From assembly GCA_964555925.1 (NCBI GenBank), contig CAZKUJ010000001.1, forward strand, positions 1-45,971: a DNA stretch of 45,971 bases, in the 5' to 3' direction. The stretch comes from Candidatus Woesearchaeota archaeon (lineage in GTDB: Archaea; Nanobdellota; Nanobdellia; Pacearchaeales; GW2011-AR1). The position numbers were made by a program, and so were the translations under genes. The notes under the pieces are model-generated. The model worked only from the letters and a program-made list of their open reading frames with translations. It was not told where the DNA came from and did no database searches. This document shows positions 8,125-19,113 of the stretch, piece after piece. Position 1 is the first letter of the stretch; the number at the start of each line of letters is the position of its first letter.

Positions 8125-8385
8125 TTAGATTAGGTCTTCTTCAGATACAACAACAAAATCACCGATGGCAATTATTGCACTGTAAGGCACCAATAGTTCT
8201 TTTGAAGATGTTTTTTCAAGATTTAGGTTTCTTGTGTATGGTGTTGGATCTTTTATTAATAAATTCAATAATTCTCCTGATTTTGTTTCAAAAGTTATAT
8301 CTTTAACAAACCCGAGTCTTTTTCCTTCTTTAGTCACTACCATCTTCCCTAAAACTAATTTAAGTGGATTTTTGTTTTCTGACAT
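8125..8385 (-). CDS. PRC-barrel domain protein
   Basis: 86 aa. LGKMVVTKEGKRLGFVKDITFETKSGELLNLLI...LLVPYSAIIAIGDFVVV is the standard archaeal PRC-barrel pattern. Confidence 0.7.
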   Translation of the reverse strand: MSENKNPLKLVLGKMVVTKEGKRLGFVKDITFETKSGELLNLLIKDPTPYTRNLNLEKTSSKELLVPYSAIIAIGDFVVVSEEDLI

Positions 8386-8890
<505 letters not shown>

Positions 8891-10102
8891 ATGGGCAAGG
8901 AATTGGATGAAATTTTTGAATCTTTTGAAGAAAACAGGATCTTTAAAGACAGATCTATTCTGCAATCGAATTACATTCCTGCAGAAATTCCCCATAGGGG
9001 TGACCAAATAAAACAAATCGCTTCAATTCTTGCGCCGGTTTTAAAAGGGGAAAGACCGAGCAATATTTTTGTTTATGGAAAAACCGGGACAGGCAAAACT
9101 CTTTCAATTTTATATCTTAAGGATGAACTTTTAAAGAGGATAAAAAAAGAGAGTGGCGTCTCATTAAGGATAGAGTATATTAATTGTAAATTAAGAAAAG
9201 TTTCAGATACAGAGTACAGGATTCTTGCGGAATTAATAAAAAAACTTGGGGGGAAAGTCCCAAACACCGGATTACCAACAGAAACAGTTTATAACAAATT
9301 TATAGACCTCATTGATTCTGAAAAACAAATTCTTATTTTGATTCTTGATGAAATTGATCAAGCAGTTAAAAAAATTTCCACAGATTTTCTCTATAATTTA
9401 ACTCGGCTTAATTCAGAGTTATCTAAAACACAGATTGGTCTTGTTGGAATAAGTAACGATCTTACTTTTTTAGAAGGAATAGATCCTCGTGTAAGAAGTT
9501 CCTTGTCAGAAGAAGAGGTTGTTTTTTCGCCATATAATGCCTTGCAGCTCCAAGAAATTCTAACTCATAGGGCAAAACCTGCTTTTAAAGAAAACGTTGT
9601 TGAAGAGGGCGTTATTGCCAAATGCGCAGCATTTGCAGCTAGAGAGCACGGAGATGCCCGTAGAGCCTTAGATTTGTTGCGAATCGCAGGAGAGCTCGCA
9701 GAAAGGGAAAATTCTCCTAAAATTCTTTTGAGGCATATAGATGAGGCGAATGTAAAGATTGAAAGAGAAAAAATTTTAGAGGTGGTTAAATCAGAACCAA
9801 AACAATTCCAATATGTTCTTTATTCTATAATAAAGCTCTTAGAAAAAGAGGTGGGCCCGATTTTTACAGGAGATGTTTACAATTGTTATCAAGAAATTTG
9901 CGGCAAAAATAAATCAGAGGTGCTGACTCAAAGAAGGGTAGGGGACATAATTCAAGAATTTGATATGCTTGGAATCATCAATGTAAAGGTTATTTCAAAA
10001 GGGAGGGGGGGGAGAATGAGGGAAATAAAATTAGCAATATCCAAAACATTAATTGAAAAAACAAAGAAAATAATTGAAGAATCCCTTGATTATAATTTTT
10101 AG
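8891..10102 (+). CDS. cdc6: Orc1/Cdc6 replication initiator
   Basis: 403 aa. Walker A GKTGTGKT, Walker B LILDEID, sensor regions, GDARRALDLLR and a C-terminal winged helix. Confidence 0.95.
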   Translation: MGKELDEIFESFEENRIFKDRSILQSNYIPAEIPHRGDQIKQIASILAPVLKGERPSNIFVYGKTGTGKTLSILYLKDELLKRIKKESGVSLRIEYINCKLRKVSDTEYRILAELIKKLGGKVPNTGLPTETVYNKFIDLIDSEKQILILILDEIDQAVKKISTDFLYNLTRLNSELSKTQIGLVGISNDLTFLEGIDPRVRSSLSEEEVVFSPYNALQLQEILTHRAKPAFKENVVEEGVIAKCAAFAAREHGDARRALDLLRIAGELAERENSPKILLRHIDEANVKIEREKILEVVKSEPKQFQYVLYSIIKLLEKEVGPIFTGDVYNCYQEICGKNKSEVLTQRRVGDIIQEFDMLGIINVKVISKGRGGRMREIKLAISKTLIEKTKKIIEESLDYNF

Positions 10103-10141
10103 AAGAAGACCCTAGATTAAATTCCAAAAAGCATATTAAAA

Positions 10142-11764
10142 ATGGACCCTAAAGAAATTCTAAAATTTTGCATTGAAAAAGGACTTCTTATAGAGCCGGA
10201 AGCGCTTAATCTACTTAGTGATTCTAATGATGGCGAATCTGTAAAACTTATCATAGAGAATATAAAAGACTGCACCCGAAAGAGAATAATTACTAAAAAA
10301 CTTTTTGAACAAAACAAGGAGGGGGGCAGCGAATTTTTTTCAAACCTTCCTAAAGAAAACCAAAAAAAACTTGAAGAATTAAAAATAAAATTAGGACTTG
10401 AAATAGAAATCTCTAAGAAGATTTCAACCGAATTTCAGCAACAGCCCTTTAAACAGAATTTTGAAAAAGAGCCTATTTCAAAAGAGGATTTTTTAAAAAG
10501 AAATATTGAAAAAAGCAGCGAATTTTCTTTAGAAGGGGTGCAAATTCTTTCAAAAATTCCTTTATCTAAGAAAAAGATCGTTGTGGAGGATTTTGTTCAG
10601 AATTTAAAAAACAAATTTATTGAGCTAAAAAACATTTTGCAAGAACATTCGGAATTAGATAATCTTGTTTCAATAAGCAAACTTTCTAAAAGTAGCCCAA
10701 GAGTCTCTATAATTGGAATAATTTCTGATAAAAAAATCACTAAAAACAAGAATATTCTATTCGATGTGGAAGATTTAACAGGAAGAGTAAAGGTTTTAAT
10801 CAACCAAAACAAACCCGAACTTTACAAAATCGCGGAAGAAGTTTCTTTAGACTCGGTAATCGGTTTTAGCGGTTTTGGGGATAGGGAAATATTTTTTGCA
10901 AACGCATTGGTATTTCCAGATATACCTGTTTTAGAAAAAAAACATTCCCCTGAAGAAGAGCATGCTCTTTTTTTAGGAGATTTACATTATGGTAGCAAAC
11001 ACTTTATGGAAGAAAATTTCCTAAAATTTATAGATTATCTTAATGGAAAAACCCCTCATAAAATAAACCCTGAAAAAATAAAATACCTTTTCATAGTAGG
11101 AGATATTGTTTCTGGAATTGGGAACTATCCATCCCAACAAAAAGATCTTAAAATCGAAGATATTGAAACACAATTTCAGAGTTTGGCAGAACTTTTAGGA
11201 AAAATTAGAAGAGACATAAAAATAATTATCTCTCCTGGAAACCACGATGGAGTAAGACTTTTAGAGCCGCAACCGCCCTTAGATGAAAAATATGCTTGGC
11301 CTTTGTACAATATGAAAAATGTTTTATTGACAGGAAATCCCGCTTATCTGAATATTGGCGCAAAAAAAGGATTTTCTGGTTTTGATGTGTTAAGTTATCA
11401 TGGTTTTTCTTATCCTTTCTATGCAAACACTGTCCCGAGTCTTATAGTCGGGGGACTAAATGCGCCAGAAAAGATAATGGCTTACCTTTTAAGAAATAGG
11501 CATCTTGCACCAACATATGCCTCCACCCAGTATTTCCCGTATGAAAAAGATGAATTATTAGTTAAAAACGTTCCAGATATTTTTGTTTCAGGACATTCTC
11601 ATAAACTTTCAGTAGATTCCTATAAGGGGGTGCTTTTAATTTCAACAGCAACATGGGAAAGAGAAACAGAATATCAAAAAAGAAAAGGAAACTTCCCTGA
11701 TTTTTGCAAAGTACCTTTATTTAATCTTAAAACAAGAGAAATAAAAATTTTAGATTTTGAATAA
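10142..11764 (+). CDS. polB: DNA polymerase II (PolD) small subunit DP1
   Basis: 540 aa. OB-fold region followed by calcineurin-type phosphoesterase motifs GDLHYGS, GDIVSG, GNHD, GHSH. Confidence 0.9.
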   Translation: MDPKEILKFCIEKGLLIEPEALNLLSDSNDGESVKLIIENIKDCTRKRIITKKLFEQNKEGGSEFFSNLPKENQKKLEELKIKLGLEIEISKKISTEFQQQPFKQNFEKEPISKEDFLKRNIEKSSEFSLEGVQILSKIPLSKKKIVVEDFVQNLKNKFIELKNILQEHSELDNLVSISKLSKSSPRVSIIGIISDKKITKNKNILFDVEDLTGRVKVLINQNKPELYKIAEEVSLDSVIGFSGFGDREIFFANALVFPDIPVLEKKHSPEEEHALFLGDLHYGSKHFMEENFLKFIDYLNGKTPHKINPEKIKYLFIVGDIVSGIGNYPSQQKDLKIEDIETQFQSLAELLGKIRRDIKIIISPGNHDGVRLLEPQPPLDEKYAWPLYNMKNVLLTGNPAYLNIGAKKGFSGFDVLSYHGFSYPFYANTVPSLIVGGLNAPEKIMAYLLRNRHLAPTYASTQYFPYEKDELLVKNVPDIFVSGHSHKLSVDSYKGVLLISTATWERETEYQKRKGNFPDFCKVPLFNLKTREIKILDFE

Positions 11765-11784
11765 TTTATTAATATAAGCAAAAA

Positions 11785-12345
11785 ATGGAAAACATTGTTG
11801 AAGAAATAAGAAATTTTGTTGAAGCAGAATGCAGAAAACCAAGCAGCAATTATGGTTACGAGCCCTATGAATTTCACTTTATTCCGGTTCATAAATATGC
11901 AAAACAATTAGCAGAAGAATTGAGTGCGGATGTTGAAGTGGTTGAACTAGCTTCTTGGTTACATGATATTGGTTCTATAATTGGAGGAAGAAAAGAGCAC
12001 CACCTTGTTGGCGCTGAAATTGCTGAGAAAAAATTAACTGAAATGAATTACCCCCAAGAAAAAATAGAACTTGTAAAAAAATGCATTCTGAATCACAGGG
12101 GTTCTTTAAACAATAAAAAAGAAAGCAAAGAAGAGCAAATAGTTGCAGATGCTGATTCAATGAGTCATTTTGATAATATCTCCGGAATTTTTAAAGCGGC
12201 ATTTATTTTTGAAAATCACAATCAAATCTCTGCAAAAAAAGAAGTTAAAAACAAATTAATCAGGAGCTGGGATAAATTATCTTTAGAAAAATCAAAGGAA
12301 TTAATTAAACCAAAATACGATGCAGCAATGCTGCTCTTGAGTTAG
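11785..12345 (+). CDS. HD-domain metal-dependent phosphohydrolase
   Basis: 186 aa. H...LHDIGS...HH...NHR...DADSMSHF motif series. Confidence 0.8.
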   Translation: MENIVEEIRNFVEAECRKPSSNYGYEPYEFHFIPVHKYAKQLAEELSADVEVVELASWLHDIGSIIGGRKEHHLVGAEIAEKKLTEMNYPQEKIELVKKCILNHRGSLNNKKESKEEQIVADADSMSHFDNISGIFKAAFIFENHNQISAKKEVKNKLIRSWDKLSLEKSKELIKPKYDAAMLLLS

Positions 12346-12366
12346 GAAAGATTTAAACAAATAAGC

Positions 12367-15300
12367 ATGGACACCCAACAATATTTTAAAGAGATAGAAA
12401 AAAGAACCAGAGAAGTCTATGAAATAGCAGAGGAAGCAAGAAAAAAAGGGTTTGATCCTTCTTTTAAAATAGAAGCACCTCTTGCAAGAGGTTTAGCAGA
12501 AAAAGTTGTAAGTCTTATTTCTACAGTATACCCCCAAATGGAGAATTCTGGAATAGTTAAAAGAATTTTAGAACTTGAAAAAAAATGGGGGAAATTAGAT
12601 CCGATGGTTTCTTTTGTAATTGCAGAAGAGGTTGCAAAACAAAAATTCTGTAAATTTTCTACATTATTAGAAGCAATAGAAGCAGGAATACGAATAGGTT
12701 TTGCATATACCACTCTTGGGGTAGTCTCTTCTCCCATAGAAGGGTTTACAGGGCTTGAACTTGGAAAAACCAAGGAAAATAAAGAATATTTTATTGCTTA
12801 TTTTTCTGGTCCAATAAGAAGTGCGGGAACAACAGCTTCTTGTCTGGTCTTAATGCTAATTGATTATCTTAGAGAGCTTTTTGGTTTTGCAAAATATGAT
12901 CCTTCTCCTGATGAGATAAATAGGTATGTCATTGAAAATCAAGACTATCATAGCCGAGTAACTAATCTGCAATATATGCCCACAAAAGAAGAAATAATCT
13001 TTCTCGCAAAAAATCTCCCGATTCAAATTGATGGAGAGCCCACAGGACATCTAGAGGTTTCAAATTTTAAGAACCTTGAAAGAGTCAAAACAAACTATGT
13101 TCGAGGGGGCATGTGCCTTATTTTTTCAGAAGGATTAGCTCAAAAGGCTGCAAAAGGTTGGAGGCTTTTGAATAGAATGAAGGAAACAGGAATAAATTTA
13201 ACAGGATTTAATTTTCTTAAGGAATATATTGAACTTCATGAAAAAAGAGACAAAGGGAAAACAGATGATTCTCCTACATATATTAATGATCTTGTCGCAG
13301 GGAGACCTGTTTTTGGGCATCCTTCTGCGTCAGGAGCGTTTAGGTTTAGATATGGGAGAGGCAGAAATTCCGGATTTAGTGCAGCAGCAATACATCCTGC
13401 AACAATGGAAATTACAGACGGATTTATTGCAATTGGAACCCAGTTAAAAATAGAAAAACCCACTAAGGGGTGCATAATTACAGTATGTGATACTATTGAT
13501 GGGCCGACCATAAAACTTTTTAATGGAAGCGTAAGAAAAATAAAAACAAGAGAAGAGGCAAAAAGACTGTATAATGATGTAGAAGAAATTCTTTATCTAG
13601 GAGACATTCTTTTTCCATATAGTGATGTGGCTAACAGAAATTCGGTTTTGCTTAAACCAGGATATGTTGAAGAAATTTGGGGACTTGAATTAAGAGAAAA
13701 AGATTCAGAATTAGAAAAAACCAAAGACGCGTTTAAAATTGATTTTAAGGAGGCGGTTTCAATAAGCAGAGAAAAAAATATACCCCTCCATCCAGAGTAT
13801 ATATTTTATTGGACACAGATTAATGAAGAGTTATTTTTAGGGCTTTTGAATTGGTTGGAACATGCAAGATTTAGCAATAAAATAATTCTTCCTTACAATA
13901 AAACAGAAAAAGAAAGATTCAAATTAGGAAAAAGGGCCCTTGAACTTTTGGGAATAGAGCACGACGCAATAATAGAAAATGTCCTCATTAACGAGGAAAT
14001 AAGTAGGGCGTTGTTTGCTAATTTAGGAATCCGTTTTGGAGAATTAGGAGATAAAACCGATTTTAGGGAACTTTTTAAGGAATATAAAAGCAAAGCCCAA
14101 TTATTAATAGACAAATTGAGCGCAGAGAAAGAAAAAAATTTTATTTTAAAGATTATTAATTCTCTTTCAGAATTTCAAATAAAAGATAAAGCAGGGGATT
14201 TTATTGGCGCAAGAATGGGCAGACCTGAAAAAGCAAAATTAAGAAAACTTACTGGGAGCCCCAATGTTCTGTTTCCTGTTGGAAGTGAAGGAGGGAGATT
14301 AAGAAGTGTCCAAGTGGCTTGTGGGGCCGGAAGTGTAAAGGGAGATTTTCCAATTTATTATTGCGAAAAATGTAAAAAAGAAACAATTTTTCTAGCCTGC
14401 GAGGTTTGTGGAGAAATTGGTGAAAGATTAAGTTATTGTCCAGAATGTTCAGAAACTTTGCGAGGACAATGCAAAATTCATCAGAAAACTCGGCTTTACT
14501 ATACAAGACCAATTAATCTAAATTATTATTTAGAATGTGCGAGAGAAAAATTAGGATTTCTAAAAGAAGACATGCCCTTTCTCATTAAAGGCGTAAGAGG
14601 AACAAGTTCTGAGAATCATACGACAGAACGTCTTGAAAAAGGAATTTTAAGAGCTCTTTTTGATTTACAAGTAAATAAAGATGGAACAATAAGATTTGAT
14701 GCTACAGAAATGCCCTTAGTTTCTTTTAAACCAAAAGAAATTTTGGTTAGTATTGAGAGATTAAAAGAAATGGGATATGTTAAAGATATTCATGGAAAAG
14801 AACTTGTAGAGGGGGACCAAATTTTAGAATTAAAACCACACGACATACTTCTTCCTGATTCACCAAGTTCTCCTGAAAGAGCAGGAGAGATTTTTATAAG
14901 AATTTGTAATTTTATTGACGAGCTTCTTGTTAGATTCTATAAAATGAAGCCTTTTTATAATGTTAAGAAAAAAGAGGATCTCGTCGGAAAATTAGGCGTT
15001 TGTATGGCCCCCCACAATTGCGCAGGGGTTGTTTGCAGAATTATTGGTTTTTCAAATACTCTTGGAATGTTTGCAAGTCCTTATATGCATGCGGCAATAA
15101 GAAGAGACTGCGACGGAGACGAGGCAGCAATAATGCTCTTGGGCGATGTTCTTCTAAATTTTTCAAGAGAATTTTTACCAAGCCATAGGGGTGGGACGCA
15201 AGATTCTCCTTTAGTCTTAAATGCTAAAATTGATGCAGGAGAAGTTGATGATCAGATTTTAGATTTTGAACTTGTTTATGAATATCCTCTTGAACTTTAT

Positions 15301-15858
15301 AGATTAGCTGAACAAAGAAAACACTCTTCAGCAATTAGCATTTATAATGTTGGGGCAGCCCTTAGAGAAGAAAAAGACCCTTTCATAAATTTGGGCTTTA
15401 CCCATGATACCTCCAATATAAATGATGGTGTGACTTGTTCTAATTATAAACTTCTTGCAACCATGCAAGAAAAAGTTCAACATCAGATGGAACTTGTTGA
15501 AAAAATTCGCGCAGCAGATACCTCTGATACGGCCAGATTAATAATTGAAAGGCATTTTATTAAGGATATGAGGGGAAATCTTAGAAAATTTTCAACACAA
15601 GATTTTCGATGTGTAGCATGCAATGAAATTATGCGAAGACCTCCTTTGCAAGGAGTCTGTACGAGATGTAAAGGGAAAATAATTTTTACAACACATGAAG
15701 GAGGAGTAAAAAAATATCTAGAGCCTGCTCTTGACTTGGCAAGAAAATATAATTTATCCAATTACATAAAGCAAAGTCTGGAACTTACTAAAAGATATAT
15801 TGATTCTGTATTTGGTTTTGAACCAGAAACGCAAGAAAGATTGGGGAGATGGTTTTAG
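12367..15858 (+). CDS. polC: DNA polymerase II (PolD) large subunit DP2, intein-free
   Basis: 1163 aa. GRPEKAK, Zn-finger cysteine clusters (CEKCKK...CEVCG, CPEC), CMAPHNCAGV, catalytic RRDCDGDEAA, C-terminal CVACN...CTRCKG. Confidence 0.95.
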   Translation: MDTQQYFKEIEKRTREVYEIAEEARKKGFDPSFKIEAPLARGLAEKVVSLISTVYPQMENSGIVKRILELEKKWGKLDPMVSFVIAEEVAKQKFCKFSTLLEAIEAGIRIGFAYTTLGVVSSPIEGFTGLELGKTKENKEYFIAYFSGPIRSAGTTASCLVLMLIDYLRELFGFAKYDPSPDEINRYVIENQDYHSRVTNLQYMPTKEEIIFLAKNLPIQIDGEPTGHLEVSNFKNLERVKTNYVRGGMCLIFSEGLAQKAAKGWRLLNRMKETGINLTGFNFLKEYIELHEKRDKGKTDDSPTYINDLVAGRPVFGHPSASGAFRFRYGRGRNSGFSAAAIHPATMEITDGFIAIGTQLKIEKPTKGCIITVCDTIDGPTIKLFNGSVRKIKTREEAKRLYNDVEEILYLGDILFPYSDVANRNSVLLKPGYVEEIWGLELREKDSELEKTKDAFKIDFKEAVSISREKNIPLHPEYIFYWTQINEELFLGLLNWLEHARFSNKIILPYNKTEKERFKLGKRALELLGIEHDAIIENVLINEEISRALFANLGIRFGELGDKTDFRELFKEYKSKAQLLIDKLSAEKEKNFILKIINSLSEFQIKDKAGDFIGARMGRPEKAKLRKLTGSPNVLFPVGSEGGRLRSVQVACGAGSVKGDFPIYYCEKCKKETIFLACEVCGEIGERLSYCPECSETLRGQCKIHQKTRLYYTRPINLNYYLECAREKLGFLKEDMPFLIKGVRGTSSENHTTERLEKGILRALFDLQVNKDGTIRFDATEMPLVSFKPKEILVSIERLKEMGYVKDIHGKELVEGDQILELKPHDILLPDSPSSPERAGEIFIRICNFIDELLVRFYKMKPFYNVKKKEDLVGKLGVCMAPHNCAGVVCRIIGFSNTLGMFASPYMHAAIRRDCDGDEAAIMLLGDVLLNFSREFLPSHRGGTQDSPLVLNAKIDAGEVDDQILDFELVYEYPLELYRLAEQRKHSSAISIYNVGAALREEKDPFINLGFTHDTSNINDGVTCSNYKLLATMQEKVQHQMELVEKIRAADTSDTARLIIERHFIKDMRGNLRKFSTQDFRCVACNEIMRRPPLQGVCTRCKGKIIFTTHEGGVKKYLEPALDLARKYNLSNYIKQSLELTKRYIDSVFGFEPETQERLGRWF

Positions 15859-15930
15859 GAGAATTTGTTTTTCATCATAATTTAATTTAAAAAGAGTTGG
15901 AATTTTTTAGTTCAATGAGATGGAGGCAAA

Positions 15931-17259
15931 ATGTTAGGGGGAATTTGTGGTGTTATATATAAGAAGGGATGTGCTGGTGTTTTATTGTCTGGACTTTTTT
16001 CATTACAGCACAGAGGAGAAGGTTTTTGCGGAGCAGTAACTAAAAGCAAAAAAAGCACGACATCTTATAGGCATGAAGGAAGGGTTTTGGAAGAATTTAC
16101 TGATAAAGAAGTTAAAAAATTGGTTGGAGATTATGGAATAGGAAATGTGCATCCGTATGTTAAACAACCAATTTCTTTTGAATCCAGATTTGGAAATCTT
16201 TCTTTTACTTATAGTGGGAAAATTCTAAATAAAAAGAGTTTAAGAAACCAGTTGTTAAAAAGAGGGAATTCCCTTTCTATTAAACAGACTGATGTGGAGA
16301 TCGTTGGTAAACTTGTTACAGAAAATAATCGCGCCGAAGATATTGTTGGAGGATTAGAGAAAATGGCGAATCAGGTTTTTGGGGTTTATAGTTTGGGAAT
16401 TTTAACAGAAGGGGGTTTATATTGTATGAGGAGCCCTATTGGTGTTGAGCCATTGGTTGTTGGAAGTAATAGCGAAATAAGTGCTTTTGCTTCTGAATCT
16501 TGTGCTTTAAAAGAGTTAGGACTAAAAAGAGAAGATTGCAGGGATGTAAAACCCGGAGAAATTATCTATATTGACAAGAAGATAGAAATTCTAAAACAAT
16601 TAAACGGAATGAAAGCTCTTTGTGGTTTTGAGCCTGGTTATTATGGAAGAATAGATTCAGTTATTGATGGTATTTCTGTAAAATTAATGCGGGAAGAAGC
16701 TGGAAGAACTTTAGCAGAAGAAGACAAGAAAAGAGGGCTTAAAGCAGATATTGTTATTCCTGTTAGGGATTCAGGGGTTGGGCACTGTATTGGGTATTCT
16801 CATGGTTCTGGGGTCCCATATGATGAAGGGCTTTTTAAAAATTGGTATGTGACAAGAACATTTATTCTAGGAACAAAAACAGCCAGACTCAAAGGAGTAA
16901 ATAGAAAGCAATCTGTTATTGAAGATGCTGTTAATGGCAAAATTGTTGTTATTGTTGATGACTCTATTAGAGAAGGAACAACTATGAGAAATAGATTAAT
17001 CCCTTTAGTGATGTCTGGAGGAGCAAAAGAAGTGCATGTGAGAATCGGTTCTCCGCAAAATAAATATTGCTGTAAGTATAGTGTTTTCCCAAAAGGAAGA
17101 GGAAAACTTTTGTCAGCAGGAAAAACCAAAGAAGAACAAAGAGAACATATTGGGGCAGATTCTTTGGAGTTTATTAGTTTGAAAGGGTATATAGGATCGT
17201 TAGGGGTTTCTGAAGAAGAAGTCTGTCTCGGATGTTGGACAGGGAAATTTCCCTCCTAA
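15931..17259 (+). CDS. purF: amidophosphoribosyltransferase-like (Ntn glutaminase + PRTase, Fe-S type)
   Basis: 442 aa. Short propeptide then CGV (MLGGI|CGVIY), PRPP loop VVIVDDSIREGTT, C-terminal CLGCWTGKFP plus CC(KY), like [4Fe-4S] PurF. Confidence 0.7.
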   Translation: MLGGICGVIYKKGCAGVLLSGLFSLQHRGEGFCGAVTKSKKSTTSYRHEGRVLEEFTDKEVKKLVGDYGIGNVHPYVKQPISFESRFGNLSFTYSGKILNKKSLRNQLLKRGNSLSIKQTDVEIVGKLVTENNRAEDIVGGLEKMANQVFGVYSLGILTEGGLYCMRSPIGVEPLVVGSNSEISAFASESCALKELGLKREDCRDVKPGEIIYIDKKIEILKQLNGMKALCGFEPGYYGRIDSVIDGISVKLMREEAGRTLAEEDKKRGLKADIVIPVRDSGVGHCIGYSHGSGVPYDEGLFKNWYVTRTFILGTKTARLKGVNRKQSVIEDAVNGKIVVIVDDSIREGTTMRNRLIPLVMSGGAKEVHVRIGSPQNKYCCKYSVFPKGRGKLLSAGKTKEEQREHIGADSLEFISLKGYIGSLGVSEEEVCLGCWTGKFPS

Positions 17260-17272
17260 ATAATTTTCTGTA

Positions 17273-18466
17273 CTACATTATTAGATAAAAGACAATTGTT
17301 GGAATCAGTAAGCAACCCATCATATTTGTTCTTCTTGTGCCGAGAGAAATACAATATATTCCTGTGAGGGTGGAGATTGTGAGAATTACCAAACCCAAAA
17401 AGTTAGAGATTATGAAAACAACAAATATCAAAATTCCGAGAGTTGCAACCGAGATTTTTGTATAATTTATTTTTGAAATTTTTTCAGAAAAAATTCTTGC
17501 AAGAGAAGAGGTTAGAAAAAAAGAAATTATCCCAGTAATTAAAGAAACTCCTAAAATCAAAATCAATATCTGGAGCGAGAAGTTGCCCAGAATGCTATTA
17601 ATTGCAACTGCTGCCCCTGTTCTTGTTTTTGAAATCAAATAAAGAGAAACAAATGAAAATCCCATGACAAGGGTGTTTGTGGCCCCTAACAAAATAAGAA
17701 ATCCCTTTCGATCTGTTTTTGAAATAGAGTTACCAATTATTGCTGCTTGTCCGCTTCCTAATCCAGGAAGCAGACTAGATAATGGAGAGGCCACTAAGGC
17801 ACCAAATAAAGGAGATAAAAAATTCCCTTTTAATTTGGGTTTTGTGATTTTTTGTTGAGGAATATGTGTTTTTGCTTTTATACTCATTATTAGCATAGAT
17901 GCACCGAACAATCCTGTTAAAAGTGGAAGCAGCGGTTCTTTAATTTCAGAATTTAGAACAATCAATCCCAGGGCACCAGTAAGGCCAAAAACAAAAAGAG
18001 CCTTTAATTTTTGTTTTTCAAGAAAAATCAAAAGCGCGAGAATTCCTAGTAAAAAATAGGCCATAAAATTCTTAAGAAAATCATATATTTTTTCAACAAT
18101 AAAATAAGAAGGAAAAGAAATTAAAATTAAAATCAAGACTGCAGCCAAACTTCCGTAAGCAGTCAGAAGAATTGCTTCATAACCTTGGCCTTTTTTTAAA
18201 AGTTCATGACCGGGTAAGATCGAAAGCTCTGTATCTGTGTCAGGGCATCCTAAAAAAATAGATGGAATAAAGTCAATAAACGTGTGTGAAATTGCCATTG
18301 CCACAATAAAAACAACCAAATAAATAGGGGCGATAGGACTTAAAAGCGAAGCAGAAAGAACTACGAGTGTTGTGCCTACAAGATTCATGTGAATGCCTGG
18401 GATTAGGCCGGTGATAGTGCCAGCAATTATACCGAAGAGAATGGCAAGTAATATTTCTAAAAGCAT
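17273..18466 (-). CDS. polytopic membrane protein, TctA/DUF112-like
   Basis: 397 aa, at least 10 predicted TM helices. Duplicated GxIPG / LPGLGSGQAA motifs typical of DUF112. Confidence 0.5.
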   Translation of the reverse strand: MLLEILLAILFGIIAGTITGLIPGIHMNLVGTTLVVLSASLLSPIAPIYLVVFIVAMAISHTFIDFIPSIFLGCPDTDTELSILPGHELLKKGQGYEAILLTAYGSLAAVLILILISFPSYFIVEKIYDFLKNFMAYFLLGILALLIFLEKQKLKALFVFGLTGALGLIVLNSEIKEPLLPLLTGLFGASMLIMSIKAKTHIPQQKITKPKLKGNFLSPLFGALVASPLSSLLPGLGSGQAAIIGNSISKTDRKGFLILLGATNTLVMGFSFVSLYLISKTRTGAAVAINSILGNFSLQILILILGVSLITGIISFFLTSSLARIFSEKISKINYTKISVATLGILIFVVFIISNFLGLVILTISTLTGIYCISLGTRRTNMMGCLLIPTIVFYLIM

Positions 18467-18511
18467 TGAATCTAAGACGCTTTTATTCTTTATTTAAATA
18501 ATTGTGGTAAA

Positions 18512-18907
18512 TTAGTTCTTTCTTTTTTCCCAATTTTTAATAGTTTCTTTTAGAGCGCCTATAGCAAGATCTGAGCAATGAATTTTTACAGAAGGAAGTC
18601 CGCCTAGAACTTTTAGAACATCTTGATTTGTTATTTTTTTTGCTTCAGAAATGGTTTTCCCTTTTACTAATTCTGTTAAAATAGAAGAAGATGCAACAGA
18701 TGCAGCACAACCATAGGTCTGAAATTTTATATCCTCTATCTTATTTTTTTTTATTTTTAGCATTATTTTTAAGAAATCTCCGCAAACAGGGCTTTCAATT
18801 CCACCTTCTGCATCTGGTTTTTTCATTTCTCCCATATTCTTTGGATTTTTGAAATATTTCATAACTTCTTCTGTGTAACCGAGGTTCTTTGTAGTATTTT
18901 TTTTCAT
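18512..18907 (-). CDS. iscU: IscU/NifU-type Fe-S cluster scaffold
   Basis: 131 aa. Three conserved Cys contexts: PVCGD, YGCAAS, IHCS. Confidence 0.85.
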   Translation of the reverse strand: MKKNTTKNLGYTEEVMKYFKNPKNMGEMKKPDAEGGIESPVCGDFLKIMLKIKKNKIEDIKFQTYGCAASVASSSILTELVKGKTISEAKKITNQDVLKVLGGLPSVKIHCSDLAIGALKETIKNWEKRKN

Positions 18908-18917
18908 TATAATTTAT

Positions 18918-19112
18918 CTAGATTCCTTTAGAAATTTTTATTGCCTGAACAGGACAAGAAGATTCTGCTGCTAATACTTCTTCTTGGCGTTTTATTTTTT
19001 CTTTTATTACCTCTGCTTTTCCCTTTCTTATTCTAAATATCTTAGGGAAGAGAGTAGCACAGTTACCACACCCAATACACCCATTTTTATTTATAGATAC
19101 GTGACACGCCAT
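18918..19112 (-). CDS. small single-cluster ferredoxin
   Basis: 64 aa. CIGCGNC ... CP motif. Confidence 0.7.
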   Translation of the reverse strand: MACHVSINKNGCIGCGNCATLFPKIFRIRKGKAEVIKEKIKRQEEVLAAESSCPVQAIKISKGI

Positions 19113-19113
19113 T

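Noticed and set aside
12417-12773. Numerous 60-120 aa ORFs in the track lie antisense to, or in alternative frames of, long well-supported genes. Examples: 327..533, 1233..1415, 1623..1853, 2613..2861, 6517..6720, 9073..9267, 10117..10317, 10597..10812, 11226..11426, 11674..11907, 11975..12160, 12417..12773, 12856..13050, 13229..13511, 13893..14114, 14249..14512, 15000..15188, 15483..15761, 16800..17129, 17664..17858, 19196..19402, 20725..21007, 22113..22298, 23774..23956, 25377..25643, 25925..26278, 27485..27742, 28110..28385, 28905..29117, 30007..30204, 31295..31814, 32066..32378, 33902..34270, 37816..37998, 38038..38286, 39625..39831, 40058..40261, 40554..40796, 40817..41014, 42379..42615, 43460..43795, 43899..44320.
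   Set aside because: They are shadow ORFs, which are expected in A+T-rich DNA opposite real genes. Their translations are low-complexity (F/L/I/S/K-rich) with no motifs, and each is fully contained in a gene with strong family signatures.
12367-15858. Intein insertion in the PolD large subunit.
   Set aside because: A length of 1163 aa fits an intein-free DP2, and no intein block motifs (C/S...TxxH...HNC/S) interrupt the conserved regions.
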